Assembly (NCBI GenBank): GCA_963697965.1
Contig: OY969108.1
Location: 34,455-98,454, forward strand
Direction of reading: 5' to 3'
Length of the DNA: 64,000 nucleotides
Origin: an uncultured delta proteobacterium
Lineage (GTDB): Bacteria > Desulfobacterota > Desulfobaccia > Desulfobaccales > 0-14-0-80-60-11
In this document: one piece after another, positions 30,872 through 42,906 of the stretch
How positions within the stretch are numbered: the stretch's first letter is position 1
How the letters are laid out: each line of letters begins with the position of its first letter
Notes under the pieces: generated by a model
The model's input: only the letters and a program-made list of their open reading frames with translations
Told to the model about the DNA's origin: nothing
Database searches by the model: none
Translations under genes and position numbers: made by a program

Positions 30872-31519
30872 ATGAATTGGATCTACCGCACCTTTTCCTC
30901 CTCGGTGGGCAAGAAAGAGTTGCAGGCCGTTACCGGCCTGTTGTTTCTGCTGTTTCTGGCGACCCATCTGCTGGGCAACTTGAGCATCTATGGAGGGAGC
31001 GCCGCCTTCGTGGCCTACGCCCACCACCTGCACGCCTTGGGAAAACTGCTGGCGGCGGCGGAAGTGCTGCTGGCGGCGGCTTTAATCGTTCATGTGGGTC
31101 TGGGGCTAATCCTCTTCGTCCAGAATCGCGGCGCCCGGCCGGTTGGGTACACCATGGATAAGAGCGGCGGCGGCCGCACTTTCAGCTCGCAAACCATGCC
31201 CTATACCGGCCTGCTGATTCTGGGCTTCATCGGGGTCCACCTGAGCAATTTCTCCCACCACCTGGTGGATCAAACCCACCGGACCATTTTTCAAATTACC
31301 GTGGCAGTCTTCTCCCAAAAGGGATATCTGGCATTTTACCTGTTCTCCATGGTCGTCATCGCCCTTCATGTCCGGCACGGTCTCTGGAGCGCCTTGCAAA
31401 CGGTGGGGGCCAACCATCCCAAGTACATGCCCTTCATTGAAAAGTTGAGCATCGTCTTTGCGGTGATCGTGGGGATCGGCTTCGGCTCGCTGCCCCTGGT
31501 CATTTTGTGGCAAAGATAG
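30872..31519 (+). CDS. sdhC: Succinate dehydrogenase/fumarate reductase cytochrome b subunit
   Basis: SSVGKK..AVTG..HLLGN, several TM helices, conserved His residues (HVRHG). Confidence 0.9.
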   Translation: MNWIYRTFSSSVGKKELQAVTGLLFLLFLATHLLGNLSIYGGSAAFVAYAHHLHALGKLLAAAEVLLAAALIVHVGLGLILFVQNRGARPVGYTMDKSGGGRTFSSQTMPYTGLLILGFIGVHLSNFSHHLVDQTHRTIFQITVAVFSQKGYLAFYLFSMVVIALHVRHGLWSALQTVGANHPKYMPFIEKLSIVFAVIVGIGFGSLPLVILWQR

Positions 31520-31531
31520 GGAGGCCATTTA

Positions 31532-33442
<1,911 letters not shown>

Positions 33443-33446
<4 letters not shown>

Positions 33447-34237
33447 GCGGCAAGGCCATCAATCTCACCCTGAAGGTCTGGCGGCAGGCAGGGCCCGGCA
33501 GCCAGGGGCGTCTGGAAACCTACCAGGCGGAGAATATTCCCACGGCTGCCTCCTTCCTGGAGATGCTGGACATCGTCAATGAGCGGCTCACCCTGGAGGG
33601 CCGCGACCCCATCGCCTTCGACCATGACTGCCGGGAAGGGATTTGCGGCATGTGCGGGACTGTGGTCAACGGCCGCCCCCATGGACCGGAGAAGGAAACC
33701 ACCCTCTGCCAGTTGCACATGCGCCATTTTAAGGACGGCGATACCCTGGTCGTCGAGCCCTACCGGGCCCGGGCCCTGCCGCTCATCAAGGACCTGGTAG
33801 TGGACCGCAGCGCCCTGGACCGGATCATCACGGAAGGCGGTTTCATTTCGGTGAATACGGGTCAGGCCCCTGAGGCCAACTCGCTGCCCGTCCCCAAGAG
33901 GGACGCCGACCTGGCCATGGACGCCGCGGCCTGCATCGGCTGCGGGGCTTGTGTGGCCGCCTGTCCCAATGCCGCGGCCATGCTGTTTTTGAGCGCCAAG
34001 ATCTCTCAATTCGCCTTGCTGCCCCAGGGGCGGCCCGAGGCGGCGCGGCGGGCCCTGTCCATGGTGGCCCGCATGGACGCCCTCGGCTTCGGCAACTGTA
34101 GCAACCATAAGGAATGCGAGGCGGAGTGCCCCAAAGGCATCTCCATTGCCAACATCGCCCGCCTCAACCGGGAATTCATGAAGGCCGCCCTGGCCTCCCG
34201 GGAAGAACCCCTTGAGGTCTCCGGGACTGAGGACTGA
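33443..34237 (+). CDS. sdhB: Succinate dehydrogenase/fumarate reductase Fe-S subunit
   Basis: [21 protein letters not shown] and C..HKEC..CP; the GTG start overlaps the sdhA stop. Confidence 0.93.
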
Positions 34238-34296
34238 AACGGCAGCGTGGGACTGCAACCTATCTTTTCCCTTCCTTCGGGGCCGAGCCTGTACCT

Positions 34297-34490
34297 AAGT
34301 ATTGTGTCCCACGGAAACGTTGCATAAATGCTTTGCTTTTTCCCTCCCCCTTGAGGGGGCGCCACCGGGTGGGGGTGGTAATTTATCTTTCATTTACCAG
34401 ATGTTGCCACCCTCCCCCCAACCCCCTCCCCTCTCAGGGAGGGGGGGTATCTCAAATCTTTTGTTAAAATAATTGTGGGACATAACACTA
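34297..34490. mobile_element. Degenerate MITE-like element
   Basis: Imperfect inverted ends AAGTATTGTGTCCCAC / GTGGGACATAACACTA enclosing C/G-rich hairpins. Confidence 0.5.
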
Positions 34491-34744
34491 TTGTCCGGTT
34501 GTGAAAAAATCGGGTTATAATTACTTAGGGGGCTGACGCCCAGGCGGGGTCCCAGAAATAATCATCCGGTTTTCCGCCCCCGCGGTCCCGGCTTGCCACC
34601 TGAAACCCGGGGTACAATACCTTCCCCCATGAACCAAAAACGGCCTGGCAACCCGGCTGTTTCGGCAAACGCCCCAGGGTTACAATCGCCTAAGACCTGG
34701 GACGCCACCGCCTTGATGCACACACCGGGCCGGAGCTGAGTCCT

Positions 34745-36427
34745 GTGAACAAGAGAACTGTCAAATTAGCCAAGAAATTGGCCGGAGTTCCCCCGAACCC
34801 CGCCGGGGTGGCCGAATTGAAAACCGAGTGGGAGCGCGCCGGGGAAGCCTGGCAAAAGGCTTACGACACCCTGGAGCAGCGCCTTGAAGAGCGCGCCGCC
34901 GATCTGGTAAAGGCCAACGAACACCTGCTGGCCGAGATCGAAGAGCGCAAGAAGACCGAAAATGAGCTGAAGACAATCAAGGAATACCTGGAAAATGTCA
35001 TAGATAACTCGGTGGACGCCATCGGCATCGTCGACCGGCTGGGCCGCTTCCTCCTCTGGAATCGGCGGGCCGAAGAGATCTATGGCTACTCGTTCCAGGA
35101 ATTGGCCGGCAAGACCGCCTTCGAGCTCTACGCCGACCCCGCCACGCTTAAAACCATGCTCCAGAAACTGCGCCTCGACGGAGTGGTGCGGGAACATGAG
35201 ATCGCCATGAAGAAAAGGGATGGCAGCATCGTCTCCATGGACATCTCCATCAGTCTCCTCAAGGATGACCAGGGGAAGACCATCGGCAGTGTCTGCGTGG
35301 CCCGGGATCTCTCCCCGTGGAAAAAATATGAAATGGAGCTGAAGGGCACCCGGGACGAACTGAGCCGCTATTCCCGGGACCTGGAACGCCAGGTGCGGGA
35401 AAGAACCAGAGAAATCAACGGTATTCTCCGTTACACCCCGGCCATGGTCCATATCAAGGACAAGTACGGTTATTACCGGCTGGTCAATCCCCGCTTTGAG
35501 GAGTTGTTGGGTATCAAGAATGAAGATATTAAAGGGAAATCGGACCATGATATCTTTCCCCCGGAGGTGGCCGGCCAATTCCGGAGCAACGATCTGATGG
35601 TCCTCACCCAGAAACGGTCCTGGCAGGGAGAGGAACGGATACCCTTAAAGGACGGGGTGCATACCTATCTATCGGTAAAATTTCCCCTTTATGATGAGCA
35701 GGGCCGGGTCGACGGCCTGTGCGGCATTTCCACGGACATCACCGAGTTGCAGAAGGCCCAGGAGCAACTGCGGCTGCTGTCCGGCAGCATCATGGCCGGG
35801 CAGGAAAAGGAGCGGGCCGCCATTGCCAGGGAACTGCACGACGAACTGGGGCAGGTGCTCACCGCCTTGCGCATGGACGCCGTGTGGCTGAGCGAACGCC
35901 TGAAAGGCCAGGAGGCCCAGGCCGCGGCCCGGGCCTTGACCATGTGCGACCTGATCGATCAGACCATCGACGAGGTGAGGGCCCTGGCCACCCGGCTGCG
36001 CCCCGGGGTGCTGGATGATTTCGGGCTCATTGACGCCCTGGATTGGTATTCCAAATATTTCAGCCAGCGGACCGGCATCTCCTGTATCTATAAACATGTC
36101 AATATGCCCGCGGTGGACGACCTGGTGGCCACCGCCGCCTACCGGATTACCCAGGAGGCCTTGACCAATGTGGCCAGGCACGCCTTCGCCACCCAGGTCA
36201 AGATCAACCTGCAGGTGCGGGGGGGCGTGCTGACTCTCTCGGTGGCTGACAATGGCAAGGGCTTCGATCCCCAGAATTTGTCGCAGTCCCATTGCCTGGG
36301 CCTGGCGGGCATGCGGGAGCGCGCCGGCCTGTTGGGCGGCCGTCTGGAACTGGAGTCCAAAGCGGGGAAGGGAACCCGGGTCTATTTCCGGCTGCCCCTG
36401 AATGAGCAGCGAGGCGCCTTGCCATGA
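34745..36427 (+). CDS. PAS-PAS sensor histidine kinase (HisKA_3)
   Basis: ERAAIARELHDELGQ and DNGKGF motifs. Confidence 0.9.
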   Translation: MNKRTVKLAKKLAGVPPNPAGVAELKTEWERAGEAWQKAYDTLEQRLEERAADLVKANEHLLAEIEERKKTENELKTIKEYLENVIDNSVDAIGIVDRLGRFLLWNRRAEEIYGYSFQELAGKTAFELYADPATLKTMLQKLRLDGVVREHEIAMKKRDGSIVSMDISISLLKDDQGKTIGSVCVARDLSPWKKYEMELKGTRDELSRYSRDLERQVRERTREINGILRYTPAMVHIKDKYGYYRLVNPRFEELLGIKNEDIKGKSDHDIFPPEVAGQFRSNDLMVLTQKRSWQGEERIPLKDGVHTYLSVKFPLYDEQGRVDGLCGISTDITELQKAQEQLRLLSGSIMAGQEKERAAIARELHDELGQVLTALRMDAVWLSERLKGQEAQAAARALTMCDLIDQTIDEVRALATRLRPGVLDDFGLIDALDWYSKYFSQRTGISCIYKHVNMPAVDDLVATAAYRITQEALTNVARHAFATQVKINLQVRGGVLTLSVADNGKGFDPQNLSQSHCLGLAGMRERAGLLGGRLELESKAGKGTRVYFRLPLNEQRGALP

Positions 36428-37062
36428 TCAAAGTCCTGTTGGCCGACGACCACAGCATCGTCAGGGGCGGGCTGGCCCGCATTGTCAAAGATTCCGGTGA
36501 TATTGAAGTGGTGGCCGAGGCCGCTGACGGCCAGGAGGCCATTGAGCAGGTGCATCGCACCTTGCCGGATGTGGCCATCATCGATATCTCCATGCCGGGC
36601 CTGGACGGCCTGGAAGTCATCGGCCAGCTCCGGCAATACTATCCGAAATTGCCCATCCTGATCCTCACCATGCACGAAGAGGAGCAGTACGTGGTGCGGG
36701 CCATCGGCGCCGGAGCCAATGGCTACATCACCAAGCGCTCCGCCCCCGAGCAACTGGTGAACGCCATCCGCAAGGTCCACGCCGGCGGCCGCTACCTTAG
36801 CGACTCCGCCGCCGAATCCCTGGCGCAGCATATGGCCACCGGGCCCCGCAACCGCACCCCCCTGGACACCCTGTCCAACCGGGAAATTCAGGTATTGCGG
36901 CACCTGGCCCTGGGCCATACGGTCCGGGAGATTGCCCAGGCCTACCACCTCAGCACCAATACGGTGCACACCTACCGGCTGCGGCTGCTCAGGAAACTGA
37001 ACCTGCGGAACAATGCCGAAATCTCCCTCTTTGCCATCCAAAACCGCCTGGTGGAACTCTAG
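36424..37062 (+). CDS. NarL/LuxR-family response regulator
   Basis: REC domain plus LSNREIQVL HTH; ATGA overlap with the kinase. Confidence 0.93.
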   Translation: MIKVLLADDHSIVRGGLARIVKDSGDIEVVAEAADGQEAIEQVHRTLPDVAIIDISMPGLDGLEVIGQLRQYYPKLPILILTMHEEEQYVVRAIGAGANGYITKRSAPEQLVNAIRKVHAGGRYLSDSAAESLAQHMATGPRNRTPLDTLSNREIQVLRHLALGHTVREIAQAYHLSTNTVHTYRLRLLRKLNLRNNAEISLFAIQNRLVEL

Positions 37063-37213
37063 AAGCTGCTGCCAAACCTGATTGCACCGTCATCCCGAAC
37101 GAAGTGCAGGATCTTCAATCCCATTGTCCATAATCTCGATGGTCCTGGTAGCAAAACCATAACCATACCATTACAATACCAATGAACGCTCCACATAAAT
37201 AGGAGATAACATC

Positions 37214-37618
37214 GTGCCAGAGAGCACAGGTTTTATCGGTATTATTGGCGTTCTTCTTGGGGCACTTTTCGGTTATTTTCTTTCCTTGAGAGCCGCCAAA
37301 CTCCAATGGCGCAGAGTCGCTGGCGCAAAACTGCGGGCCGCTTTTGCTCCTGAAATCGCTAAATACTATCTCAATATGGAGAGGGGTGATAAATGGCATA
37401 TCAACATGATGAATGATATGTTTAAAGAAGCTCTCCCCCAACATGCTGCCGCTATTGAAGAATATCGCCCTTTCGTTCCCCGCAAAAGCCAAGAAGCTTA
37501 TCAACAAGCATGGGATAATTATTATCGCAACTTTTTGGACTACTATGATACTGGCGAAGGAGAACAAGCTGTTTTTAAACAGAGGATAGGTGCGATTTTT
37601 AAATTTAGTAAGATTTAA
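37214..37618 (+). CDS. AT-rich hypothetical protein with an N-terminal TM helix
   Basis: AGGAG RBS and FIGIIGVLLGALFGYFL segment; atypical composition. Confidence 0.6.
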   Translation: MPESTGFIGIIGVLLGALFGYFLSLRAAKLQWRRVAGAKLRAAFAPEIAKYYLNMERGDKWHINMMNDMFKEALPQHAAAIEEYRPFVPRKSQEAYQQAWDNYYRNFLDYYDTGEGEQAVFKQRIGAIFKFSKI

Positions 37619-37699
37619 TCCGTACATAAAATTTCGATTTTAAAAACTCCATGGTTTCCCGACTACCTTCATGGTATGTTGATTTTGCGGAATCACATA

Positions 37700-37984
37700 T
37701 CTAAGGGGACATGAGGCAGGCGTAGAGAATGGTTTTAACTTCGGCTTGCCCGCTAGCCATCAATTTATGTAATTGACAAACTATTTCCCTCTCCCCCTTT
37801 GGGGGGAGAGGGCAGGGTGAGGGGGGTATGAATGGTCTTGTAGGGGCGCACCCATGTGTGCGCCCGTTACGAAAGCGGGGGCAGTAGGGGCGGACACACG
37901 GGTCCGCCCCTACGAAAAAACCAGGCAAAGCCATCCTCACCCGGTGAAACACTCCCCTAGATTCGGCGCCTCACTCAGAATGAC
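37700..37984 (-). repeat. Composite REP/MITE-like element, copy (reverse)
   Basis: Same GTAGGGGCG palindromes and CCCTCACCCTGCCCTCTCCCC hairpin as the other copies. Confidence 0.85.
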
Positions 37985-38121
37985 AATTTGAGCTATTCCT
38001 GGGCAATTCCGGAAAATTATGTTAAGATATTAGACAAAAGACCCTCCCCGACCTCCTGGGGCCTAGTTAGCCCTGGTGGCTTGGGTCAAGGAAAGATTTT
38101 CACCACTTCCCGGAGTTCAGT

Positions 38122-39312
38122 TTGATTCCTGCCCCTGGCAAACAACTGGAAGAGGCCCTTCGGCAAGTCCAGGCAAAGAGCCGGCAGCTGCTGAAGGAGG
38201 CCATCCAGGGTAAGACCTTCCTGGAAACCATCCTCAACGGCATCGAAGATCACATGATGGTGATCGACCTCGACTACCGGATAGTCGAAGTCAACCGTGC
38301 CCTCTTGAAAATGCTGGGCTTGGAACGGGGAGAGGTGGTAGGCAAGCATTGTTACGAACTGTCGCATCACCTGCAAGAGCCCTGCGCCAGCCCCGACCAT
38401 CCCTGTCCCTTGAAAGACACCGTGGCCACCGGTAAGGCCGCTTCCGCGGTCCACATCCACTTTGACAAGGACGGCCGGGAAAGTTATGTGCACGTGGTCC
38501 ACCATCCGCTGTTCGATGAGGCAGGACGGGTCCATCAAGTGGTCGACCTGTCCCGGGACATTACCCAGGAAATCACCCGCGTCCGCATCATGCACGACGA
38601 CAAGATGGCCTCTTTGGGAAAGCTATCCGCCAGCGTCATGCACGAGATCAACAATCCCTTGACCGGCATCCTCAATTTTGTCCAATTGATCCAGCGCCTG
38701 CTGAAGAAGGGGCCGCCCGGCGAGCCGGAGTTGGCCAAGATGCAGGAATACCTGGATACGGTTTTTAATGAGACCCAGAGGGTAAGCAAAACCGTTTCCA
38801 ATCTCCTGCCCTTTGCCCGCAAGTCCAAGCCGGAATTCAAGCCGGTCTCGCTCAGCACCTTGCTGGCCGAGACCGTCTCCCTCACCGACTATCAGCTGCG
38901 GTTGCAGGGAATCGCTGTAGAAACCCGCTTTGCTGCGGACCTGCTGCCGGTACGAGCCGATCCGGGGCAGATGAAGCAGGTCTTTTTGAACCTGTTGCTC
39001 AATGCCCAGGATGCCATGCCCAAAGGCGGCACCCTGACCCTGGCCACCAGAAATTCCCGGGGCCGGGAGGTGGTGGTACAGATCAGCGACACCGGGGTGG
39101 GCATCCCCAAGGAAAGCCTTTCCCAAATTTTTGAACCGTTCTATACCACCAAGAACGCGGGCTCCGGGGTGGGGCTGGGCCTTTCCGTGGTTCAAGGCAT
39201 CGTCCGGGACCACCAGGGCACCATCAAAGTGGGAAGCGTTGGGGGCCGGGGCGCCACTTTCACCATCCGTCTGCCCGCCTATAAACCGGGAGTAGACCAT
39301 GTTGCCTCATAA
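38122..39312 (+). CDS. PAS sensor histidine kinase (NtrB-like)
   Basis: HEINNPL, QVFLNLLLNA and GVGLGL motifs. Confidence 0.9.
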   Translation: MIPAPGKQLEEALRQVQAKSRQLLKEAIQGKTFLETILNGIEDHMMVIDLDYRIVEVNRALLKMLGLERGEVVGKHCYELSHHLQEPCASPDHPCPLKDTVATGKAASAVHIHFDKDGRESYVHVVHHPLFDEAGRVHQVVDLSRDITQEITRVRIMHDDKMASLGKLSASVMHEINNPLTGILNFVQLIQRLLKKGPPGEPELAKMQEYLDTVFNETQRVSKTVSNLLPFARKSKPEFKPVSLSTLLAETVSLTDYQLRLQGIAVETRFAADLLPVRADPGQMKQVFLNLLLNAQDAMPKGGTLTLATRNSRGREVVVQISDTGVGIPKESLSQIFEPFYTTKNAGSGVGLGLSVVQGIVRDHQGTIKVGSVGGRGATFTIRLPAYKPGVDHVAS

Positions 39313-40642
39313 GAAGATCTCCATCCTGGTAGTGGATGACGAGCTGAGTATCCGGGAATCTCTGAGCGGCTGGCTGGAGCAGGACGGCTACGCAGTGGAA
39401 AGTGCGGCCGACGGGCCCGCGGCGCTGGCCAAGGCCCAGGAAACCCATTACGACATCATGCTCCTGGACGTCAAGATGCCCCGGATGGACGGGATTACGG
39501 TGCTCAAGAATCTGAGGGAAGGCAATGTCGATACCGCGGTGGTGGTCATGACGGCCCACGGGGCCATCCAGGACGCGGTGGAGGCCATGAAGCTGGGCGC
39601 TCACGATTATCTGCTCAAACCCTTCGACCTGGAGGAAATGAGTCTCATTATCGAGAAACTGGTGCAGGTGCAGACCCTGGCCATGGAAAATCTGATTCTC
39701 AAAGACCGGGTGGCAACCATTAGCCGCTTTGAAAACCTGGTGGGCCAATCGCCACCCATGCTCCAGCTCTTTGAGACCATCGTGGACGTGGCGCATAGTG
39801 ACGCCACCGTATTGCTTACCGGGGAAACCGGCACCGGCAAGGAGTTGGTGGCCCGGTCCATTCACGCCCAGAGTTCCCGCGGCTACGGCCCTTTTATTGC
39901 CACCAACTGCGGGGCCTTCACCGAACATCTGCTGGAGAGCGAACTCTTCGGGCACGAGAAAGGAGCCTTCACCGACGCCAGCTACACTAAGAAAGGCCGG
40001 CTGGAAATGGCCCAGGGCGGCACCCTCTTCCTGGATGAAGTGGGCGACATCTCTATAAAAATGCAGATCGACCTGCTGCGGGTCCTGGAAACCCGGGAAT
40101 TTACCCGGGTGGGCGGCACCGTCCCGTTACACAGCGACTTTCGGGTCATCGCCGCCACCCATCAGGACCTCCAGGAAGGCATCCTTAAGAAAACCTTCCG
40201 TCAGGACTTCTATTACCGGCTGAACGTCATCCATGTGCAGGTGCCGCCCCTAAGGGAGCGACCGGAGGACATCCCCCTGCTGGCCCAGCATTTCCTGAGG
40301 CGCTATGCCACCGAGACCAACAAGAAGATGGACTCCATTCATCCGGAGGCCCTGGAGGCCATGCGGCAGTACTCCTGGCCGGGGAACGTCCGGGAGTTGG
40401 AAAACGCCATCGAGCGGGCGGTGGTGGTGGGAAAAGGCCGGCAGCTCAAACCCAAAGACCTGCCCTTTGGGGCGGCCGCGGCGGAGGAGCCGGCAGGCCT
40501 GTCCCTGGAGGACGTGGAGCGCCGCTACATCGCTCAGGTGCTGGCCTCAGCCAAAGGCCACATCTCCAACGCCGCCAAGGTCCTCCGGATTAACCGCACC
40601 ACGCTTTACCACAAGATCAAGAAATATGGCCTGGCGCCATGA
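39299..40642 (+). CDS. Sigma-54-dependent response regulator (NtrC/AtoC family)
   Basis: REC domain, GETGTGKE, GAFTDA and Fis-type HTH. Confidence 0.93.
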   Translation: MLPHKKISILVVDDELSIRESLSGWLEQDGYAVESAADGPAALAKAQETHYDIMLLDVKMPRMDGITVLKNLREGNVDTAVVVMTAHGAIQDAVEAMKLGAHDYLLKPFDLEEMSLIIEKLVQVQTLAMENLILKDRVATISRFENLVGQSPPMLQLFETIVDVAHSDATVLLTGETGTGKELVARSIHAQSSRGYGPFIATNCGAFTEHLLESELFGHEKGAFTDASYTKKGRLEMAQGGTLFLDEVGDISIKMQIDLLRVLETREFTRVGGTVPLHSDFRVIAATHQDLQEGILKKTFRQDFYYRLNVIHVQVPPLRERPEDIPLLAQHFLRRYATETNKKMDSIHPEALEAMRQYSWPGNVRELENAIERAVVVGKGRQLKPKDLPFGAAAAEEPAGLSLEDVERRYIAQVLASAKGHISNAAKVLRINRTTLYHKIKKYGLAP

Positions 40643-40686
40643 ATATGGCTGGCCCAGCAGCCTCCCGGCCCTAGGGCCTTAAGCAC

Positions 40687-41321
40687 ATGCCGCGCCTTCC
40701 GGTTTTGGGTTTGGTCCCCTTGGGACCGGTGGATCCGCAGATCCTCCGTCATTTACGCAGGGCCATCGCCAGGATGCTGGGCCTGCCGGTGCGCATCCTG
40801 CGCCCCAGACCCCTGCCCTCCCCTAGCTACCACCTGGGGCGTAAACAATACCTCTCCACCCTGCTACTCGAAAACCTCCTGGAGGGCTCCGGGGGACCTT
40901 GGCGGGTTCTGGGAATAACCGCGGCGGACCTCTACATCCCGATATTTACCTTCGTATTCGGAGAGGCCCAATTGGACGGGAAGGCCGCCGTGGTCTCCCT
41001 CTTTCGCCCCCGGGGGACGCCGGTGGCGTCCGGCCGCCTCAAGCTCTCCTGTTAAGGCGCCTCCTCCTGTTGAGCCTGCATGAGTTGAGCCATACCTTCG
41101 GCCTCGGCCACTGCCGGCAGCCCGGCTGCCTGATGGGTTTTTCCGCCAACCTGGAAAAGTTGGACCAGAAGAACCTGGCCTACTGCGAGTATTGTCAAAT
41201 CATGCTGGGGGATTATCTGTTGGAGCAGGGGGTGCTCCCCCGACTCCGGCGGCAGGCGGAGACCAGGGCGCCGGGGGCACCCCGCCCCGTTTGGGATAGG
41301 GACAGTACCGGGCGGCGCTGA
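40687..41321 (+). CDS. Archaemetzincin-like Zn metalloprotease, apparent frameshift in the G-run at 41012-41016
   Basis: DLYIPIFTFVFGEA in the first frame and HELSHTFGLGHC..CLM..YCEYC in the second; one extra G joins them. Confidence 0.82.
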
Positions 41322-41427
41322 TGGCCGCGGCTGCTGGCTGGGGCCGCAGGCAGCGCTTCTGCCTGGAAGGGGCGCACGGGTAGAGGAAACGTTCTGGCCG
41401 CAGCCGAATCCGGCCTGCGGCTCACTA

Positions 41428-41777
41428 CTATTGTTATGCCCCTACAATTATCTTACCAAAAGATTTGAGATAACCCCCCCCTCCCTGAGAGGGGAGGGGA
41501 ATGGTGTGAGGGGCGGTTTTGTATGGGTATTCGTAGGGGCGGACCCAAGTGTCCGCCCTGTAGGGGCGGGTTTAAAACTCGCCCCTACAATGCCCCCACT
41601 TTCGTGGGGGGCGCACACATGGGTGCGCCCCTACAAGACCATTCATGCCCCCTCACCCTGCCCTCTCCCCCAATGGGGGAGAGGGGAGAAAGCAGGAGAA
41701 CTCTACAAGTTAATCAGAGAAGATTTGGTAACCTTGATTACAAAGGCAGTTCAGCAAAAACCTTGCCGGACCCTACT
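41428..41777 (+). repeat. Composite REP/MITE-like element, copy
   Basis: Three GTAGGGGCG-type palindromes; ends in AAAAACCTTGCCGGACCCTACT. Confidence 0.85.
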
Positions 41778-41791
41778 ACCCCTGCCCGCTT

Positions 41792-42406
41792 TTAAGACCT
41801 TTTCCGCCAGTCCCGGGTCACGTTGGTCAGGAGGAACTCCTTGACCAGGCGCCGCCAGCCCACATTGGGGAACTGACCGTAGACATCGTCGACGACCTCG
41901 CCGCCACTGGGGAGGGTGGCGCCCACGGTGCCTTCCATGATGAACAGCAAGCGGTGGGACTCTTGGTCGATCCAGGTGGCATTGGCCTCCCCGAAAAACA
42001 GCTTCTCCAGATTTTGCCTGAGATTGGCGGGTCTGACCTTGAACAGCCAGCCCTCTCCATAGGGATCGCGGTTAATCAGGCCGGGGTCCTGCCGCACCTT
42101 GGGATTGACGGCTTCGATGGCGCCATCCACCGGCGCCTCCAGGGAAGCCTTGTTTCCCTGTCTGAACAAGGCCATGCAAACATGATCCTGATAGTAAACC
42201 TTGCCGATCTCAGGAAACTTGAGCTCGTCGGCTTGACCCAGGAGCTTTTGGGAAAAGTCATCCAATCCTACCCGCACCTGGCCGCTCTCCTCCAGGACTG
42301 CCCAACTGTGCCCCCGGTGCAGGTAATAGAAGTTAACGGGCACCTTGAAACCAAAGACATTCGCCATTGGCGCCCCTGAAGGCGTCTTGGGATCCTGGGG
42401 ATTCAT
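41792..42406 (-). CDS. GcvH-like protein lacking the lipoyl lysine
   Basis: HSW..VRVGLDDF..APVDG..VN..DPYGEGW; the ESVK motif is replaced by FRQG. Confidence 0.82.
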   Translation of the reverse strand: MNPQDPKTPSGAPMANVFGFKVPVNFYYLHRGHSWAVLEESGQVRVGLDDFSQKLLGQADELKFPEIGKVYYQDHVCMALFRQGNKASLEAPVDGAIEAVNPKVRQDPGLINRDPYGEGWLFKVRPANLRQNLEKLFFGEANATWIDQESHRLLFIMEGTVGATLPSGGEVVDDVYGQFPNVGWRRLVKEFLLTNVTRDWRKRS

Positions 42407-42514
42407 GACCTGTGCCTCCTCGTTAAACAGGATGTGTTACTGAAGCGGTGGTCCCGGTGTGGCGCAGGAGCCGGCAACCTGACGGCCCTTCTCTCTTTCT
42501 AGATGTCAGGAGAT

Positions 42515-42530
42515 AGCAAGGAGTGGGCCA
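42515..42530 (-). promoter_or_regulatory. Sigma-54 (-24/-12) promoter for the GcvH-like gene
   Basis: The minus strand reads TGGCCCACTCCTTGCT (GG-N10-GC). Confidence 0.7.
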
Positions 42531-42628
42531 ACCTGGGGGGTAATTTCTTATCTATCATAAACCATTAGTAAATTAACCAGGACCATCGCCGCCCGGGATG
42601 ATTGACTATCTGGACGGAGTTGCTTTTA

Positions 42629-42742
42629 TGTTGAATAAATCAACAAAAATTTTTATCCATAGGCTATCTTATGGATATTACAATATTATTTAATGCTTAA
42701 TAATTCAACATTACCTTTTGCGTATTGTGTAAAATATCGACA
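42629..42742. promoter_or_regulatory. Three candidate enhancer (UAS) sites, TGT-N11-ACA
   Basis: TGTTGAATAAATCAACA (42629), TGCTTAATAATTCAACA (42694) and TGTGTAAAATATCGACA (42726). Confidence 0.55.
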
Positions 42743-42906
42743 CAAATAATGGTCTTCCTAGATTAATGGGGTGCTTAATATTCTTCGCTTGCATTTTCAC
42801 CGGATTCATTTTAGGTTTAGAAATTCGCCGAAAATCCGGCTTCTTTGCACAATTAACAGCGTCCTTTGTTAAAGGGCGGGAATAGACTAACAGAAAGGCG
42901 CGGACT

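Noticed and set aside
37115-37627. Minus-strand 170-aa ORF
   Set aside because: It is antisense to the plus-strand ORF, which has a clear RBS and TM segment; the strand choice is only moderately certain.
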